Source of the DNA: Betaproteobacteria bacterium
GTDB taxonomy: Bacteria > Pseudomonadota > Gammaproteobacteria > Burkholderiales > Casimicrobiaceae
Assembly (NCBI GenBank): GCA_025355395.1
Contig: JANXZT010000528.1
Coordinates: forward strand, 1 to 32,822
Length of the DNA: 32,822 nt
Reading direction: 5' to 3'
Part shown: one piece after another, positions 30,332 through 32,822 of the stretch
Position numbering within the stretch: the stretch's first letter is position 1
How the letters are laid out: the number at the start of each line of letters is the position of its first letter
Program-made: the position numbers and the translations under genes
The notes under the pieces: model-generated
What the model saw: only the letters and a program-made list of their open reading frames with translations
Database searches by the model: none
What the model was told of the DNA's origin: nothing

Positions 30332-30924
30332 TGCTGCTGCTCATCGACAATTACGATTCCTTCACCTACAACCTGGCCCAATATCTGGGGGAGCTCGGCG
30401 CCGATGTGCACGTGTATCGCAACGACGCCATCACGCCGGAGCAGATCGCCGCCTGGAATCCGGATCGGATCGTCATCTCGCCCGGGCCCTGCACACCCAC
30501 CGAGGCGGGTATTTCGGTGGCCGTGATCGAGCGCTTTGCGGGCAAGGTGCCGATCCTGGGTGTGTGTCTCGGCCATCAGGCGATCGGTCAGGCCTTCGGC
30601 GGCAGCATCGTACGCGCGCAGCAGGTGATGCACGGCAAGATATCCATCATCACCCACGATGGCCGTGGTGTATTTGCGGAGCTGCCCATGCCGTTCAGGG
30701 CGACCCGATACCACTCGCTCGCGATAGCACGCGATTCCCTGCCTGCGTGCCTCGAGATATCGGCCACTTCCGATGATGGTGAAATCATGGGAGTGCGGCA
30801 TCGCGCGCTGGCGGTGGAAGGCGTTCAGTTTCATCCTGAAGCGATCTTCACCGAGCACGGTCACGCGCTGCTGCGCAATTTCGTCAAGCCCGGCATCGCG
30901 GCAGCTCCCCAGGCAATTCGATAA
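30331..30924 (+). CDS. trpG: anthranilate synthase component II (glutamine amidotransferase, TrpG/PabA type)
   Basis: [29 protein letters not shown] (catalytic Cys) and GVQFHPE. The upstream 209 codons of the tracked ORF are an out-of-frame read of nhaA. Confidence 0.93.
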   Translation: MLLLIDNYDSFTYNLAQYLGELGADVHVYRNDAITPEQIAAWNPDRIVISPGPCTPTEAGISVAVIERFAGKVPILGVCLGHQAIGQAFGGSIVRAQQVMHGKISIITHDGRGVFAELPMPFRATRYHSLAIARDSLPACLEISATSDDGEIMGVRHRALAVEGVQFHPEAIFTEHGHALLRNFVKPGIAAAPQAIR

Positions 30925-30966
30925 CAGCACCTTGCCAGGCTCGTCGCCCCACTACTCAGGAACGCC

Positions 30967-32007
30967 ATGCCGATCACCATGCAGGAAGCGTTGCAACGCA
31001 CCATCGAACACCGCGAGATATTTCATGACGAGATGCTTGCGCTGATGCGCCGAATCATGAGCGGTGAGGCGTCACCGGTCATGATCGCCGCACTGACCGT
31101 TGGCCTGCGGGTAAAGAAGGAAACCGTTGGCGAAATCGCTGCGGCAGCGCAGGTGATGCGCGAGTTCGCGACCAAGGTCGATGTGCCGGATCGGGAAAAT
31201 CTCGTGGACATCGTCGGCACCGGCGGCGATGGATCGCACACTTTTAATATTTCAACCTGCGCCATGTTTGTGGCGGCCGCGGCGGGTGCCAAGGTCAGCA
31301 AGCACGGCGGGCGCAGCGTCAGCAGCAAGAGCGGCAGCGCCGACGTGATGGAGTCGCTGGGCATCAACATCAATCTTTCGCCCGCGGCGATTGCCCAGTG
31401 CATTGAGCAAGTGGGGTTGGGTTTCATGTTTGCGCCCAACCACCACCCGGCCATGAAAAACGTGGCGCCGGTGCGCAAAGAGCTCGGGATCAAAACCATT
31501 TTCAATCTGCTCGGCCCGCTGACCAACCCGGCCAGCGCGCCCAATATGCTGATGGGCGTGTTTCACCCCGACCTGGTGGGTATCCAGGTGCGGGCGCTGC
31601 AGCGTCTGGGCGCGGAACATGCCGTGGTGGCGTACGGCAAAGACGGCATGGACGAGGTGTCATTGGGCGCGGCCACGCTGGTCGGGGAGCTCAAAAACGG
31701 TGAAATTACCGAGTACGAAATTCACCCTGAAGATTTCGGCATGGTCATGGCCAGTAACCGCGCCTTGAAAGTGGAAACGCCGGAACAGTCCAAAGCCATG
31801 CTGATCGGGGTATTGGACAATCAGCCTGGCGCACCGAAAGACATTGTGATTCTCAATGCCGGTGTCGCGCTGTATGCGGCCAATGTGGTGGATTCGATGG
31901 CAGCCGGCGTCCAGCGTGCGCGGGCCGCTATTGAATCAGGAGCGGCCAAGGCCAAACTGACGCAACTTGTCGACCTGTCGCAACAACTGAAAAGCGGATC
32001 TTTATGA
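30967..32007 (+). CDS. trpD: anthranilate phosphoribosyltransferase
   Basis: [33 protein letters not shown] and NLLGPLTNP. Confidence 0.95.
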   Translation: MPITMQEALQRTIEHREIFHDEMLALMRRIMSGEASPVMIAALTVGLRVKKETVGEIAAAAQVMREFATKVDVPDRENLVDIVGTGGDGSHTFNISTCAMFVAAAAGAKVSKHGGRSVSSKSGSADVMESLGININLSPAAIAQCIEQVGLGFMFAPNHHPAMKNVAPVRKELGIKTIFNLLGPLTNPASAPNMLMGVFHPDLVGIQVRALQRLGAEHAVVAYGKDGMDEVSLGAATLVGELKNGEITEYEIHPEDFGMVMASNRALKVETPEQSKAMLIGVLDNQPGAPKDIVILNAGVALYAANVVDSMAAGVQRARAAIESGAAKAKLTQLVDLSQQLKSGSL

Positions 32008-32165
32008 GCACGTTTGGCACGCTTCTTACCGTTTTGGTGGTGGTTGGTGCCCCGGCCTTGGCGGTCTACCTGTGGATCAAACTAGCCAACTCGGCGCGCG
32101 GCGAGCGCTACCTTAAGCAACGTATGCAGGGGCCTTTCGTGCCCCTGGACGAGGACAAGAAATGA
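32004..32165 (+). CDS. 53-aa predicted single-pass membrane micro-protein between trpD and trpC
   Basis: Below the ORF-track cut-off, so hand-read: [53 protein letters not shown]. It has a hydrophobic stretch of about 22 residues and then a charged tail. Its ATG overlaps the trpD stop (ATGA, 32004-32007) and its stop overlaps the trpC ATG (ATGA, 32162-32165). Confidence 0.5.
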   Translation: MSTFGTLLTVLVVVGAPALAVYLWIKLANSARGERYLKQRMQGPFVPLDEDKK

Positions 32166-32822
32166 CCGACATCCTGAACCAGATCGTCGCCGTCAAACGC
32201 GAGGAAATCGCCGCGGCCGTGAACAAAAAGCCTTTGGCGCTGATGCGTGCCGACGCTGAAAGCCGCGTGCTCACGCGTGATTTCGTCGGCGCCCTGCGCG
32301 CCAGGATCGCGGCCGGGCAACCCGCCGTGATTGCGGAAATCAAAAAGGCCAGCCCGTCCAAAGGCGTGCTGCGTGAAGACTTCATCCCGGCCGATATTGC
32401 GCAAAGCTATGCTGAGCATGGGGCCGCCTGTTTGTCGGTGCTTACCGACGTGAGGTTTTTTCAGGGCTGCGTCGATTTTTTGAAGCAGGCACGGGCCTCC
32501 TGCCAACTGCCGGTGTTGCGCAAAGACTTCATTGTGGACGCCTACCAGGTGTACGAATCGCGTGCCATGGGGGCGGACGCGTGTTTGCTGATTGCCGCCA
32601 TCCTGGACGACGCCCAGATGAAAGATTTTGAAGCGATTGCGCGCAGCCTGGACATGGCAGTGCTGGTCGAAGTGCATGACGCGCCCGAGCTGGCACGCGC
32701 GCTAAAGCTCAAAACACCCCTGATCGGTATTAATAACCGCAATCTCCAGACCTTCGAGGTGTCGCTGGAGACCACGTTGTCCCTGATGCGCGACGTGCCT
32801 TCGGAGCGGCTGCTGGTGACGG
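32162..32822 (+). CDS. trpC: indole-3-glycerol phosphate synthase (3' end beyond the window)
   Basis: Not in the track because there is no stop. Hand translation gives [16 protein letters not shown]...[16 protein letters not shown]...[12 protein letters not shown]...LRKDFIVD...LVEVHD...[13 protein letters not shown]. Confidence 0.9.
   Translation, partial: MTDILNQIVAVKREEIAAAVNKKPLALMRADAESRVLTRDFVGALRARIAAGQPAVIAEIKKASPSKGVLREDFIPADIAQSYAEHGAACLSVLTDVRFFQGCVDFLKQARASCQLPVLRKDFIVDAYQVYESRAMGADACLLIAAILDDAQMKDFEAIARSLDMAVLVEVHDAPELARALKLKTPLIGINNRNLQTFEVSLETTLSLMRDVPSERLLVT

Overview
High-GC, gene-dense chromosomal segment. Its gene order looks betaproteobacterial (Burkholderiales-like synteny). 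That call, and all product calls, rest on motifs I recognise in the translations; no database search was possible. Left to right: gshA (partial); a porin-glnK-amtB nitrogen operon behind a sigma-54-type promoter; ubiK-comM; an unassignable ~570-aa protein translationally coupled to a YyaL thioredoxin-domain protein; a small cytochrome c; a tandem glycine riboswitch driving gcvT-gcvH-gcvP plus a coupled DadA-like flavoprotein; dacA and a D-amino-acid aminotransferase; an apparent accessory insertion (vapBC, flavin reductase, cfa) splitting the conserved dacA...ybeD-lipB-lipA block; mltA-apaG; rpe-gph; and a trp operon arranged as Trp-rich leader ORF-trpE-nhaA-trpG-trpD-(53-codon membrane micro-ORF)-trpC (partial). 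Two copies of a REP-like inverted-repeat element lie in intergenic DNA. I saw no rRNA, tRNA, CRISPR array, transposase or integrase. Most of the window is core housekeeping. The items most worth follow-up are the unknown protein/YyaL pair, the nhaA and micro-ORF insertions that are coupled into the trp operon, the candidate trp leader, a codon-usage break inside trpD, and the vapBC/flavin reductase/cfa insertion. Many long ORFs in the track are antisense or out-of-frame artefacts of the GC-rich DNA and were rejected.
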